Positions 9,448 to 17,861 of a DNA stretch of 46,585 bases are shown piece after piece (position 1 is the stretch's first letter; the number at the start of each line of letters is the position of its first letter). The notes below the pieces were generated by a model. That model was not told where the DNA came from, did no database searches, and saw only the letters and a list, made by a program, of their open reading frames with translations. This DNA is from a virus (Duplodnaviria > Caudoviricetes). The translations under genes and the position numbers were made by a program. Location of the stretch: positions 1 to 46,585 of the IMG/VR virus record IMGVR_UViG_3300032305_001431. One strand, given 5' to 3'.

Positions 9448-11349
9448 TCATTTCCGATAACGATTATCTACCCACCCTTCGGCAGCCAAGGGGAAATCTT
9501 TTGCCCACGAGGGTGCGGTTGTCATGATCTGCAACACTTGTTTTAAAACGATGTCTGCTTTGTCTTCGTATGCTAAAAGGAGAGCCTCGTCATGAACCAA
9601 ATTGATAATTTCAAAACCCTCTTTTTCAAGCAAGAGCGAACACTCGGCGAGTACATCTCTGGCCGTACCTTGCACCGCCGATTGGAAGATGCTCGATCCA
9701 ATCAAGTTATTCCTACCCCACTTTCGGGTGAAGGTGTTTTGACTGCGGACGGTGATGCCGTCTCGCATTTCACCCCATGGAGTCAACTGAGCCTCGATCT
9801 TGGGATCACGCCAACAGATGAACCGACCGCTGGGTAGTCGCATCCACAGGGCATCGTTGGCATACTTAAACAACAGCTTGCCCAGTTCAAAGGTTTCGCT
9901 AGGGGTGTTGATTGCATCGATGCCTTTTTGTTGGCACTGATACCAGCAGTTCTTTACTTTGGCGTAAGCAACTCGGTAAGCGTTTACCGCCTCTTGACTC
10001 TGTCCCTCATCTAACTCCACTCCCATGCCTTGGGCGTAGTTCATCAGCCCCTTGGCACCTTGTCCAAACATGCACCCCAGTACTGCCGACTTGGCAATCT
10101 GACGCATGTCTTTCGTGACTTCCTCATAGGGTACTTGGTACAGTGCCGTACTGGCAAATGTCTTGTACTCATCCAAGCCCTTTCTAAACATCTCCACCTT
10201 ATCGGTTTGACCCGCAATCCACGATGCAACTCGGTTTTCAATGGACGAGAAGTCCACATCCACAAAGACTTGCCCTTTGGGGGCTTTTATAGCACTTCTG
10301 ACGAGACTTGAGAGTTCATCCATGGTACCCCCTTGCCCACCCTCTAAAACACGCTCTACGGCTGTTTTAAGGGCATCCTCGTCGATTGTTGGACGGGCTA
10401 TGTTCTGTAGATTCAAACCGCCCCGAGATGCCCACCGCCCCGTACTGGCCCCGTGGTACACCAAGGTGTTGCGAATGCGCCCACCCACTTGAACATCTAG
10501 CATTTTCTCGTACTTGGCAACCGAAGTCTGGGATCCTTGTTGTCTGAGCCGTAAAACGGCTCGAATCGGCTCAGATAAGTTAGTGTCCGCTAACTTAGCA
10601 CAAACGTACTCGGCGGTCAAGTTAGCCATGTCCGCCCCCTTGGCGTTAAGCCAGCCTAACAACTTTCCTGTCTCGGTTGCTTTACACCCTGAGATGGCAA
10701 GACTTTCCATATTAATCGATTCTTTACCCGATTCAACCGCATTAATGGCGTTCTTTAATTCGTCTGGATCGACGGGTACGCCACGCTCGTTGATTTTCTG
10801 TGTGAGTACCCACACACTTTGCTCGTGTGGTGTGAGTGGCTGTAGGTTACGCACGATGTCCATTTCGGTACGCACGTCTTGCTTGCAGTATTCATACAAC
10901 TGGTCAAGCAAAACAGGATCATCCACAAACTGCCCCTTTTTGTTGGGCTTGCACAGTTTAGTAATGAGTCGTTTGCCAACCGTATCTTTTTGTTGTGCCG
11001 TGCCAAGGAATATGGCGGCATCTTCGAGGGCTTGGGGAATGTTATTGGCGGCTGCGATTGCCATGGAGTCAGTCATCTGATCCCACTCAACATCCCAACC
11101 CAACACATATTTCATAATGTGGTATTCGAATGCAGCGTTCCATGCCTGAAATTGAATGTTCTTTAGATTGGTGGTTATCCAGAGGGGGATTCCAAGATCT
11201 GGAGTCCACAGATGTACCTCTCCACCATTAATTGAATAAGCCATGCAAAGTACCTTTGTTGTTCGGCACTTTGCATACTTATCTAAACCGCTTGATGTGA
11301 TATCAATCGTACTGCGAGTTTCAAAGTCTAAGTTAACTAACTTTTTCAT
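9448..11349 (-). CDS. polA: Family A DNA polymerase with 3'-5' exonuclease domain
   Basis: LDFETRS, WNAAFE and YCKQDV exonuclease motifs. Motif A DFSSIENR, motif B RQIAKSAVLG, motif C VHDE. Confidence 0.95.
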   Translation of the reverse strand: MKKLVNLDFETRSTIDITSSGLDKYAKCRTTKVLCMAYSINGGEVHLWTPDLGIPLWITTNLKNIQFQAWNAAFEYHIMKYVLGWDVEWDQMTDSMAIAAANNIPQALEDAAIFLGTAQQKDTVGKRLITKLCKPNKKGQFVDDPVLLDQLYEYCKQDVRTEMDIVRNLQPLTPHEQSVWVLTQKINERGVPVDPDELKNAINAVESGKESINMESLAISGCKATETGKLLGWLNAKGADMANLTAEYVCAKLADTNLSEPIRAVLRLRQQGSQTSVAKYEKMLDVQVGGRIRNTLVYHGASTGRWASRGGLNLQNIARPTIDEDALKTAVERVLEGGQGGTMDELSSLVRSAIKAPKGQVFVDVDFSSIENRVASWIAGQTDKVEMFRKGLDEYKTFASTALYQVPYEEVTKDMRQIAKSAVLGCMFGQGAKGLMNYAQGMGVELDEGQSQEAVNAYRVAYAKVKNCWYQCQQKGIDAINTPSETFELGKLLFKYANDALWMRLPSGRFICWRDPKIEAQLTPWGEMRDGITVRSQNTFTRKWGRNNLIGSSIFQSAVQGTARDVLAECSLLLEKEGFEIINLVHDEALLLAYEDKADIVLKQVLQIMTTAPSWAKDFPLAAEGWVDNRYRK

Positions 11350-11468
11350 AAATGCTCCCAAGGCAAACCGACGAGTCGGTGGTTAATAAAGTACAACTAT
11401 ATCACATTCTCCGCCACCGCCACGCTATACTAAAGTTGTATAGATTTAGCGGTGGGCACTTCCATGGA

Positions 11469-13343
11469 TCAGATCTCACAGGATCCAGCGCTACATGCTA
11501 ACTGTTGCGCCCCTTCCACATTGTCTGTTACTTCTTTGAACTCGTTCCAGTTGATCGTTGGGACCTTGGCTTTGAGTTCGTTGTACTCTGCCTCGGTGCA
11601 CTCTTCGTACGGGGCTTGGCGGTAGGTGCCGCCGTCGTACGGGAGGTACGAGACTCCGCTGATTTCGCTGAAGTTTTCCCAGGTCCAAGCTCCGACACTT
11701 GGCCAGTCTTTTTCTTCAACGGAAATAGTGACACTGGGTTTGTGCTCACACCAATGCCGCTGGAACGTAAGCCAGAGCTCAAGATGTTGTATAGGAGTGA
11801 CATCTGATCGAGTGATTCCGGCGGGTGCTTTTTGAGGAAAGCTAAACACCACAGTTTGATCCGGTTTATAAACACATGCTTCATTTGGTATTCCTTGTTC
11901 AATTAAGAATTGGGTGAGAGGGTCTTTCTTATCTCCTCTAACTCGGCGGATGTAATACTTAGAGTGTCGAGGGTGGATTCCAGAAGCGCTATCAACGAGT
12001 TGGGAGACGGTTCCGCTTGGCTTGACGCAAGTAATCGCAGCACTCTTAGGTATTCCAAGCAGTACTGCAAATTCCTCATTGGCTCTTCGAGCCTCCTCTC
12101 GCAGTTTGGTAAGTAAGGCATTTAATTTGTCTCCTTCTGTGGTGAGCAATGGATTGTCGTAAATTCCTGTAAGCGACACTCCCAGCAGTCTCTCTTCCTC
12201 GGTGTTGCGTTGCCACACTTTGCGCAGATACGGAAACTTTGTAAAAGTGGCTTGGATTGTGCCAAGAATCGAAGCAATTCGTACTTTTCTAAGAAGCGTT
12301 TCTTCAGTGTCGTCATGTCTTACTACTGCCTCCGTAAGGTTACAAAATTGGTAGGGCCGAAGAATAATTTCTGAGCAGGGGTTAGTTCCGAACTCAAAGT
12401 TAGGATCACGGTGTCCGTACTTAGCAACGGTATTCTTGGCAGCCTCACGGTTAAATATACCACGCTCTCCGCTGTGTGAATTGTATAGAGATAGCCACTC
12501 CTCCATAAACTTTCCAACGGTAGGAGTCTCACTATACACCGCGCTATTGTTGGCGAGTGCACGGTGAGGTGCAGTTTCCCACCAAGGACCTGCTTTGGCA
12601 TGACGAATCCTTTCATCATCAAGATCAGACAACGAGATCATTGCCGAGCGACGTACACCGCCCACGACAACTACCTCACCAATTTTGCACATCATATCAT
12701 GGCACTCTAAACTGTGCAGTTTTCTGCCTTGTGCATGCTTAAATGTGTTTACAACAAAATTAAATAAATCAATTAGTGGTTGCGGCCCTGAAGCTCTTCC
12801 ACCAAATGTTTTGAGTCTTGCTCCCGCAGGTCTAACTCCGCTGACGTCCCACTTAGGGATTTCGCCTGCGTAGAGATTTGCAATGAGTAGGCGGAGTGAT
12901 TTTGCCCATCCTTCTTTGGAGTCGTGGACGACGATGGTGTGCTCGGAGTCAAATAGTTTTTCAGGCACTTCTGGCAGATTGGATATGTACTTAGCCTCCA
13001 CCGAAAATCCGACTCCTGTACCGCAGAGCAATATGAACATTGCCTCATCGAACGACTTGGGGTCATCCACCGGGAGATACGAGCAATTATAGACACAGGT
13101 GTTATCACGATCAGCACTCTTTCCTGCCGTCATCATGGCGCGCATGGACGGCATCAAATCTAGGTTATGGATAGCATCAAAAATTTCATTCTTTAATTCT
13201 ACATTGTTTTGTATTGCTGGTGTACGGCTAAAAATGTACTGGACATATCGATCTACGGTCTCTGCCCATGTTTCTCTGCGTTGTTTGTCGTCGATAAAAC
13301 GAGCGTAACGGCTTGCTGCGATATATTCTTGATATTGATCCAT
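11469..13343 (-). CDS. nrdJ: Class II (adenosylcobalamin) monomeric ribonucleotide reductase
   Basis: PSMRAM, YNCSY, GTGVGFSV, GGVRRSA, TNPCSEI, CVKPSGT, C-terminal ACSAGSCEI. Confidence 0.95.
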   Translation of the reverse strand: MDQYQEYIAASRYARFIDDKQRRETWAETVDRYVQYIFSRTPAIQNNVELKNEIFDAIHNLDLMPSMRAMMTAGKSADRDNTCVYNCSYLPVDDPKSFDEAMFILLCGTGVGFSVEAKYISNLPEVPEKLFDSEHTIVVHDSKEGWAKSLRLLIANLYAGEIPKWDVSGVRPAGARLKTFGGRASGPQPLIDLFNFVVNTFKHAQGRKLHSLECHDMMCKIGEVVVVGGVRRSAMISLSDLDDERIRHAKAGPWWETAPHRALANNSAVYSETPTVGKFMEEWLSLYNSHSGERGIFNREAAKNTVAKYGHRDPNFEFGTNPCSEIILRPYQFCNLTEAVVRHDDTEETLLRKVRIASILGTIQATFTKFPYLRKVWQRNTEEERLLGVSLTGIYDNPLLTTEGDKLNALLTKLREEARRANEEFAVLLGIPKSAAITCVKPSGTVSQLVDSASGIHPRHSKYYIRRVRGDKKDPLTQFLIEQGIPNEACVYKPDQTVVFSFPQKAPAGITRSDVTPIQHLELWLTFQRHWCEHKPSVTISVEEKDWPSVGAWTWENFSEISGVSYLPYDGGTYRQAPYEECTEAEYNELKAKVPTINWNEFKEVTDNVEGAQQLACSAGSCEI

Positions 13344-13370
13344 GTGTTTTTTATTATAAGAGAGTTGTGG

Positions 13371-13400
13371 AAAAAACGCCCCACCAAACTTCGGTGGGGC
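13371..13400 (-). terminator. Intrinsic terminator after SSB gene
   Basis: GCCCCACC-gaagttt-GGTGGGGC followed by GTTTTTT on the minus strand. Confidence 0.8.
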
Positions 13401-13455
13401 TAACGAGGTAATACTAACAAGGAGAAGAGAGATTGAGGCTCTCTCGGGCCGTGAA

Positions 13456-13974
13456 TTATGATGCGAAGTCTACTGCTGCGGTAATACCACCACCGCCTAA
13501 ACGCTCACCGTCTTCCAGTTTTTGGACATTACCTAAACCGCAAGCGATGCCTTTTGAACCTTCCATGTTGTATGGGAAGAATTCAATTGCTGCACGACCA
13601 TAGCAACCCGAATAGAATTCATCGGGATCGATGATTGTGTTCATGTCTGCATCGACAACACCTGGTTTCTTGACAGAATTGGCGTTGATGAAGTAAGAGT
13701 TTGCATATGCTGCATCTTCTTTTTCTGCATCGCCATCACGCAAACCGCCCTTGAGCATCTTTGGTACAGTGCCACCAAAGTAGCCAGCGGAATTTGCCTT
13801 TGCTTCTTCAAATGCTTTGTTAATCTTGGCAATGGTTTCTTTGTCAGACTTGGGGATGATGATTGACACAGAATACTTAGGTGTCTTGCCATCGCCTTTG
13901 TCTACTGGAGTAAACACATTAGCGTAAGAGAAACGAACTTTGCCGGTTACAACACGAGGATTTTTAGTAGCCAT
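13456..13974 (-). CDS. ssDNA-binding protein, DUF2815 family
   Basis: VRFSYANVF, KYSVSIIIPK, LRDGD, FYSGCYGRA, GIACGLGNVQK..DGERLGG. Confidence 0.9.
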   Translation of the reverse strand: MATKNPRVVTGKVRFSYANVFTPVDKGDGKTPKYSVSIIIPKSDKETIAKINKAFEEAKANSAGYFGGTVPKMLKGGLRDGDAEKEDAAYANSYFINANSVKKPGVVDADMNTIIDPDEFYSGCYGRAAIEFFPYNMEGSKGIACGLGNVQKLEDGERLGGGGITAAVDFAS

Positions 13975-14024
13975 CTTGCTTTCCTATTAACTTAAATTTG
14001 ATTGGACTTCAACGGCGCCAATCT

Positions 14025-14168
14025 CTACCGTACTGTCAAAAGTATACCAAAATTTCCGATAGTATACCCAACAAACATTATTGCAGGTCCCGTAGAACCT
14101 TTCATAAACTGATCTATTGCTACCCCTAAGTATATCAGAGTTGAAATAATAATTAGGGGCGTGCTCAT
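14025..14168 (-). CDS. 47-aa membrane protein (not in ORF track)
   Basis: MSTPLIIISTLIYLGVAIDQFMKGSTGPAIMFVGYTIGNFGILLTVR. ATGA overlap with upstream stop, two hydrophobic stretches. Confidence 0.7.
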   Translation of the reverse strand: MSTPLIIISTLIYLGVAIDQFMKGSTGPAIMFVGYTIGNFGILLTVR

Positions 14169-15298
14169 TTAAAATCCTCTTCCAAAGTAGTGTCTTTTAC
14201 TAACTTTGGTGAGCCGTCTGGTCGTTCAACCAAACCGCCAAGGATTGATACTACTTGCCCCTTTTGACCCAACTTCTCCAATTGGGGAACAGACTTCGGT
14301 TTGAGTTCGTACATGTCATCTTTGTTAAAACCTTTTTCTTCCAAGATCTTAACAGCCAAATCGTAATCCACAATTTTACGATGCCCTTTAGGTACAACCA
14401 ATTTAAATCCCGTAGGAATTTTATTTTCATGAATTGCTTTCTCTGTTGCATATGCCTCAACATCATTTGCCCATGATTTTAAATCTTGTGCACGAGCCAA
14501 TACTAAATCAAACTCCTCTTCGGTTAAGAGCGGTGCTGGTCTAAAGTCTAGCGCAGCTATTTCGTTGACAAAGTCCGAGCGCGCTTTGCACGTGGCTTTG
14601 GCACGGCAGAACTGGCAGTGCTCTCCGGGGATGAAGTCGCCAGTACCTGCCCACGCTTTACGGGCTTTTTGCTTGACATAGTAGTTTGCCCAATCGACGA
14701 GTTTGGCGATTGTTGTCCCATCCGTACTGATTGAATCGAGACGAGGCTGATAGATCGTGTACTCGATTGTTTTGATCTCTGGGTACTCTTCTTGGAACTT
14801 GCTATAGGTTCCGAGTGCGTAGAGTCTAAGTTGCGTGTTGTCTTTTGCTTGGACTGGAACGCCTCGGCCATACTTGAGGTCGATGATGCGAATGGAGTGC
14901 TTAGAAAGTATAACCACATCGGCCGTACCAAAACCATCAGGCACCCAATCGCTGAAGTCCACGCGCTGTTCAAATAAAGGCTTATCATGTTCTCCGACTT
15001 GGGAACGGACATAGAGGACATAGTTGTCAACATGGCTTTCGAGTTCTTGATTGTAGTAGGCGTGCTTGTATAGTTCTGCGACTTCTTCATCGTAGTCCTT
15101 TTGTGGTATCTGGTTGTAGTGCAAGCGCAATTTGATTTCAGCCAAAGAGTGGGCTAATGTTCCTTCGAGACTAAAATCGAATTGTCCTGGTAACTTTTTA
15201 GGTTCTGGTAGGGTTTGCTCGAGACGAGCACTTGGTGTGCATGTTAACCACCGTTTTGAAGATGATGCTGAGAGTACTGCATGTGTCGTTGTGGACAT
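14165..15298 (-). CDS. DUF2800 PD-(D/E)XK (Cas4-like) exonuclease
   Basis: HAVLSASSSKRWLTC, EGTLAH, GFGTAD, IIDLKYGRG, QLRLYALG, GEHCQFCRAKATC. Confidence 0.9.
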   Translation of the reverse strand: MSTTTHAVLSASSSKRWLTCTPSARLEQTLPEPKKLPGQFDFSLEGTLAHSLAEIKLRLHYNQIPQKDYDEEVAELYKHAYYNQELESHVDNYVLYVRSQVGEHDKPLFEQRVDFSDWVPDGFGTADVVILSKHSIRIIDLKYGRGVPVQAKDNTQLRLYALGTYSKFQEEYPEIKTIEYTIYQPRLDSISTDGTTIAKLVDWANYYVKQKARKAWAGTGDFIPGEHCQFCRAKATCKARSDFVNEIAALDFRPAPLLTEEEFDLVLARAQDLKSWANDVEAYATEKAIHENKIPTGFKLVVPKGHRKIVDYDLAVKILEEKGFNKDDMYELKPKSVPQLEKLGQKGQVVSILGGLVERPDGSPKLVKDTTLEEDFK

Positions 15299-15331
15299 AA
15301 CTGTTTTCCTTATTAAACTGGTCTCGTATAA

Positions 15332-15343
15332 CTACTTATGCAA
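15332..15343 (-). promoter_or_regulatory. Phage promoter core TTGCATAAGTAG (no GGGCG upstream)
   Basis: Exact 12-mer shared with six other intergenic sites, oriented toward DUF2800. Confidence 0.75.
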
Positions 15344-15398
15344 ACTTTAACAGATTTTTATCTGTGTTGCATTTCACAATACGAAATAGTTTTTAAGG

Positions 15399-15785
15399 CT
15401 ACAGTTTGGTTTCCCGCAACTGTTTGATTAGACTGGAAACTTCTCCAGCAAAGTCAATTTGAACTTCTTGTTTGATGTCTTGCTTGATCTCCATGCGTTC
15501 TTTGTAGTCCGCTGGGAACTGGGCACGAGTAACCACTTCAAAGAGTCGGGTATTGTATGTGCGGTTATTCAGATTAGCCAAGGCTTCTCTTTCCCACCAC
15601 GCTTGACTTTCTACAACGGCTCTGTCCATGGCTTCGGCAAACTCTGGCTTTTCTTTCTTCCAGCGGTCGCCCGTTGTCTTAGAAATGCCTAGAGTGGAAT
15701 ACATAATCTTTTGTGATGCACCAGTCTTTCCTAACTCAATGACCGTGTCGCACATCGATGGTTCGTACTTCGTTATTGATTTCAT
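15399..15785 (-). CDS. Terminase small subunit-like HTH protein
   Basis: KYEPSMCDTVIELGKTGAS...LGISKTT..RW....PEF.EA...A...SQAWWE pattern of phage TerS. Confidence 0.65.
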   Translation of the reverse strand: MKSITKYEPSMCDTVIELGKTGASQKIMYSTLGISKTTGDRWKKEKPEFAEAMDRAVVESQAWWEREALANLNNRTYNTRLFEVVTRAQFPADYKERMEIKQDIKQEVQIDFAGEVSSLIKQLRETKL

Positions 15786-15931
15786 TTCTTCGCAGTCTTA
15801 GCAGACTCCTTAAATGCTTTAGAGGTTGGGGCACCTTTAGTGCCGGGCTTACGCATCTTCTCGCCACTTCCCGCGGCGATACGTTCACGTTTTTTGTGGA
15901 TGTTGGCATAAAGCCCAGGTTTAGCTGCCAT
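15782..15931 (-). CDS. 49-aa basic phage protein (not in ORF track)
   Basis: MAAKPGLYANIHKKRERIAAGSGEKMRKPGTKGAPTSKAFKESAKTAKK. ATGA overlap with TerS-like gene. Confidence 0.75.
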   Translation of the reverse strand: MAAKPGLYANIHKKRERIAAGSGEKMRKPGTKGAPTSKAFKESAKTAKK

Positions 15932-16043
15932 AAAATAACCCATAGGTTAAGCACCATAATTCTAAACTTAACTTATAGGTTAAGAATAGAACTATGGGTG
16001 CGGTTAATAAATAGAAGAGTTCTCGTTTAGAAAACATATTCAT
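15921..16043 (-). CDS. Small membrane protein
   Basis: MNMFSKRELFYLLTAPIVLFLTYKLSLELW..., one hydrophobic stretch. Confidence 0.45.
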   Translation of the reverse strand: MNMFSKRELFYLLTAPIVLFLTYKLSLELWCLTYGLFYGS

Positions 16044-16080
16044 AAAGTCGGCACTTATTAATAAATACCGACAATTTGTA

Positions 16081-16338
16081 TCAGAATACAGCGGTAATTC
16101 TATTGAAACGTTTAACGCCATCAACGAGTTGTGCCTCGATTGTGCTGCTGATGAATTTGTTCATTTCAATGGCGTTGTCAATGATTTCGTGCATCGATGG
16201 GAACTGGGGTGCTTTCTCAAACAGTTTTTTACCAGCCTCGTCTGCTACTTCCCAGGCCTTTAACTGGGCGTTGTACTGCTCGGTTAAGAACTCCTTGGAG
16301 GTCTTGAGTAAGTCATAGCGTAATTCAAATGGATTCAT
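16081..16338 (-). CDS. Conserved-looking phage hypothetical protein
   Basis: MNPFELRYDLLK...FPSMHEIIDNA.EMNKFI. AAAGG RBS and its own promoter. Confidence 0.75.
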   Translation of the reverse strand: MNPFELRYDLLKTSKEFLTEQYNAQLKAWEVADEAGKKLFEKAPQFPSMHEIIDNAIEMNKFISSTIEAQLVDGVKRFNRITAVF

Positions 16339-16414
16339 GGTATTGCCTTTCTGTGTTTGTGTATGTGAATAGAGGGTTCAGAGCGTTTCCCAACGAGTCT
16401 TACTGTCTCTATAT

Positions 16415-16446
16415 CTACTTATGCAAACTTTTAGCCGTTTTCGCCC
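16415..16446 (-). promoter_or_regulatory. Phage promoter GGGCG-N15-TTGCATAAGTAG
   Basis: GGGCGAAAACGGCTAAAAGTTTGCATAAGTAG on the minus strand. Confidence 0.8.
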
Positions 16447-16682
16447 TACTTATCGTCCACAATGATCTTTTTAGTGGGTGGGGTTTCCAAGGCTTTTCTG
16501 AGGTGTGGCAAGACATCGTTTAGGATGTTTTGGGTCATGGCTAGTGCCAATTCCCGATCCGCCATTTCTTTTTGCTCAGAATCAAGTTTGGCTTTATTTT
16601 CTACAGCCTTTTCAATTTGTTTAGAAATGTCCGCAGAAAATCCTTTGCTTTTTAAAAGGTTTCTTAAAAATTTATCACTCAT
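16446..16682 (-). CDS. Hypothetical protein
   Basis: 78 aa, overlapping-gene operon packing. Confidence 0.7.
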   Translation of the reverse strand: MSDKFLRNLLKSKGFSADISKQIEKAVENKAKLDSEQKEMADRELALAMTQNILNDVLPHLRKALETPPTKKIIVDDK

Positions 16683-16896
16683 TTTTAGTCGCCTGTGAAA
16701 CAGTTTCTAAATCTTTTCTAGCCTTTTCTACTTGTGGCCCGGCTTGATTTTGAATTACATTTACAAAATAAGCGAATGCGGTTGTTGGTGTTTGATAGGG
16801 CGTGTTTAATGCATTTAACAATACATTTAAATCACGAACACTAAATTCTAAATTAACAACAAAATCATCTAACATTTCTTTTACATTTTCAGACAT
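16675..16896 (-). CDS. Hypothetical protein
   Basis: 73 aa, GGAG RBS, overlaps both neighbours. Confidence 0.7.
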   Translation of the reverse strand: MSENVKEMLDDFVVNLEFSVRDLNVLLNALNTPYQTPTTAFAYFVNVIQNQAGPQVEKARKDLETVSQATKNE

Positions 16897-17170
16897 TTCG
16901 GCTCCAATTATATTCGTCTAGTTGAAAATACTTCTTATAAACATCTCGCAAATGCCAACAACGCAGGTCAACCATTTGCTTGATTGCTTCTAATGCATTC
17001 GCCAATTCATCTTCGGTCATATGCTCTGGCGAATCCATGTGGCGTGCGATTAGCATATCCAAGTCTTCAGTAGTTCCCCAGACTTGCATAATCGCTTCAT
17101 CAATATCACTTTGCGTTTTTCCGAACGGATTTTCGCTTTTTTCTTGGCTTATCTTCTTCATGTGTGTCAT
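16889..17170 (-). CDS. Hypothetical protein
   Basis: 93 aa in operon. Confidence 0.65.
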   Translation of the reverse strand: MTHMKKISQEKSENPFGKTQSDIDEAIMQVWGTTEDLDMLIARHMDSPEHMTEDELANALEAIKQMVDLRCWHLRDVYKKYFQLDEYNWSRNV

Positions 17171-17378
17171 CCCTTATGGCATCAAATAAAACTTGAAAAT
17201 TTAGTTGAAAATTAGAATCGTGTTCTTCTAGTTGGCGCAATACATGAAAGAGAACTGCTTGCACTTTCTTCTCATTCATTTCTAAACACGATGTGGTTAG
17301 CGAATCGACAATCGCTACAACGCCTTCTAAATTAATTAAAACAGATTCTAGATTAGATAATTCACTATAGTACTTCAT
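17106..17378 (-). CDS. Hypothetical protein
   Basis: 90 aa, GAGG RBS. Confidence 0.65.
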   Translation of the reverse strand: MKYYSELSNLESVLINLEGVVAIVDSLTTSCLEMNEKKVQAVLFHVLRQLEEHDSNFQLNFQVLFDAIRDDTHEEDKPRKKRKSVRKNAK

Positions 17379-17565
17379 CGTTTTTTCTACCTCTTAATTT
17401 ATGTAGTTCGGAAATGGTTACGGTTGCCTCTTGCAGTGAGTCGCACACCCAAATGCCTAGGATGTCACTAAACTGTGAGGTATCTAGATCTTCCACACCG
17501 GGCACCAATGCAATGTGGTACGATCCTTGTCCTTGTGGTCTGTGTTCAACAACAAAAGTAGTCAT
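17365..17565 (-). CDS. Hypothetical protein
   Basis: 66 aa, ATGA overlap. Confidence 0.65.
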   Translation of the reverse strand: MTTFVVEHRPQGQGSYHIALVPGVEDLDTSQFSDILGIWVCDSLQEATVTISELHKLRGRKNDEVL

Positions 17566-17861
17566 AGGTTCATCTCTTTCTTTATAAATTCAATTGCTTT
17601 TTCGTAATGGTAACGCCAATATTTTTCACTAACATCCATATCTTTGTAATTCATTCCATTTAAAAAAGCATCGATTATTTGCTTTTCTTTTGGGGGCATG
17701 CGTTCATCTATTATACGACGAATGTCAATTAAATCGTCTACATCCCACGGCAACCAACCATCGCCTTGAAAACTGGATATAGAATCAAAATCGTCTTGTT
17801 CTAACGGATCGATTTCTTCGTCCGATAATCTGGCTTTGCTGGCGTTTAATATTAATCTCAT
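17562..17861 (-). CDS. Small protein resembling sigma-70 region 4 / LuxR-type HTH
   Basis: DIRRIIDERMPPKEKQIIDAFLNGMNYKDMDVSEKYWRYHYEKAIEFIKKEM after an acidic N-terminal part. Confidence 0.55.
   Translation of the reverse strand: MRLILNASKARLSDEEIDPLEQDDFDSISSFQGDGWLPWDVDDLIDIRRIIDERMPPKEKQIIDAFLNGMNYKDMDVSEKYWRYHYEKAIEFIKKEMNL

Noticed and set aside
11560-11700. GC-richer patch in the 3' part of nrdJ as an insertion
   Set aside because: The frame and conserved RNR sequence are continuous. At most this is homologous mosaicism, which cannot be shown by eye
13344-13455. Cobalamin riboswitch before nrdJ
   Set aside because: The gap is only ~110 bp, is mostly a terminator, and has no recognisable B12 box
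14165-15298. Cas4 of a CRISPR system
   Set aside because: The sequence fits DUF2800 and sits in the usual PolA-SSB-DUF2800 phage module
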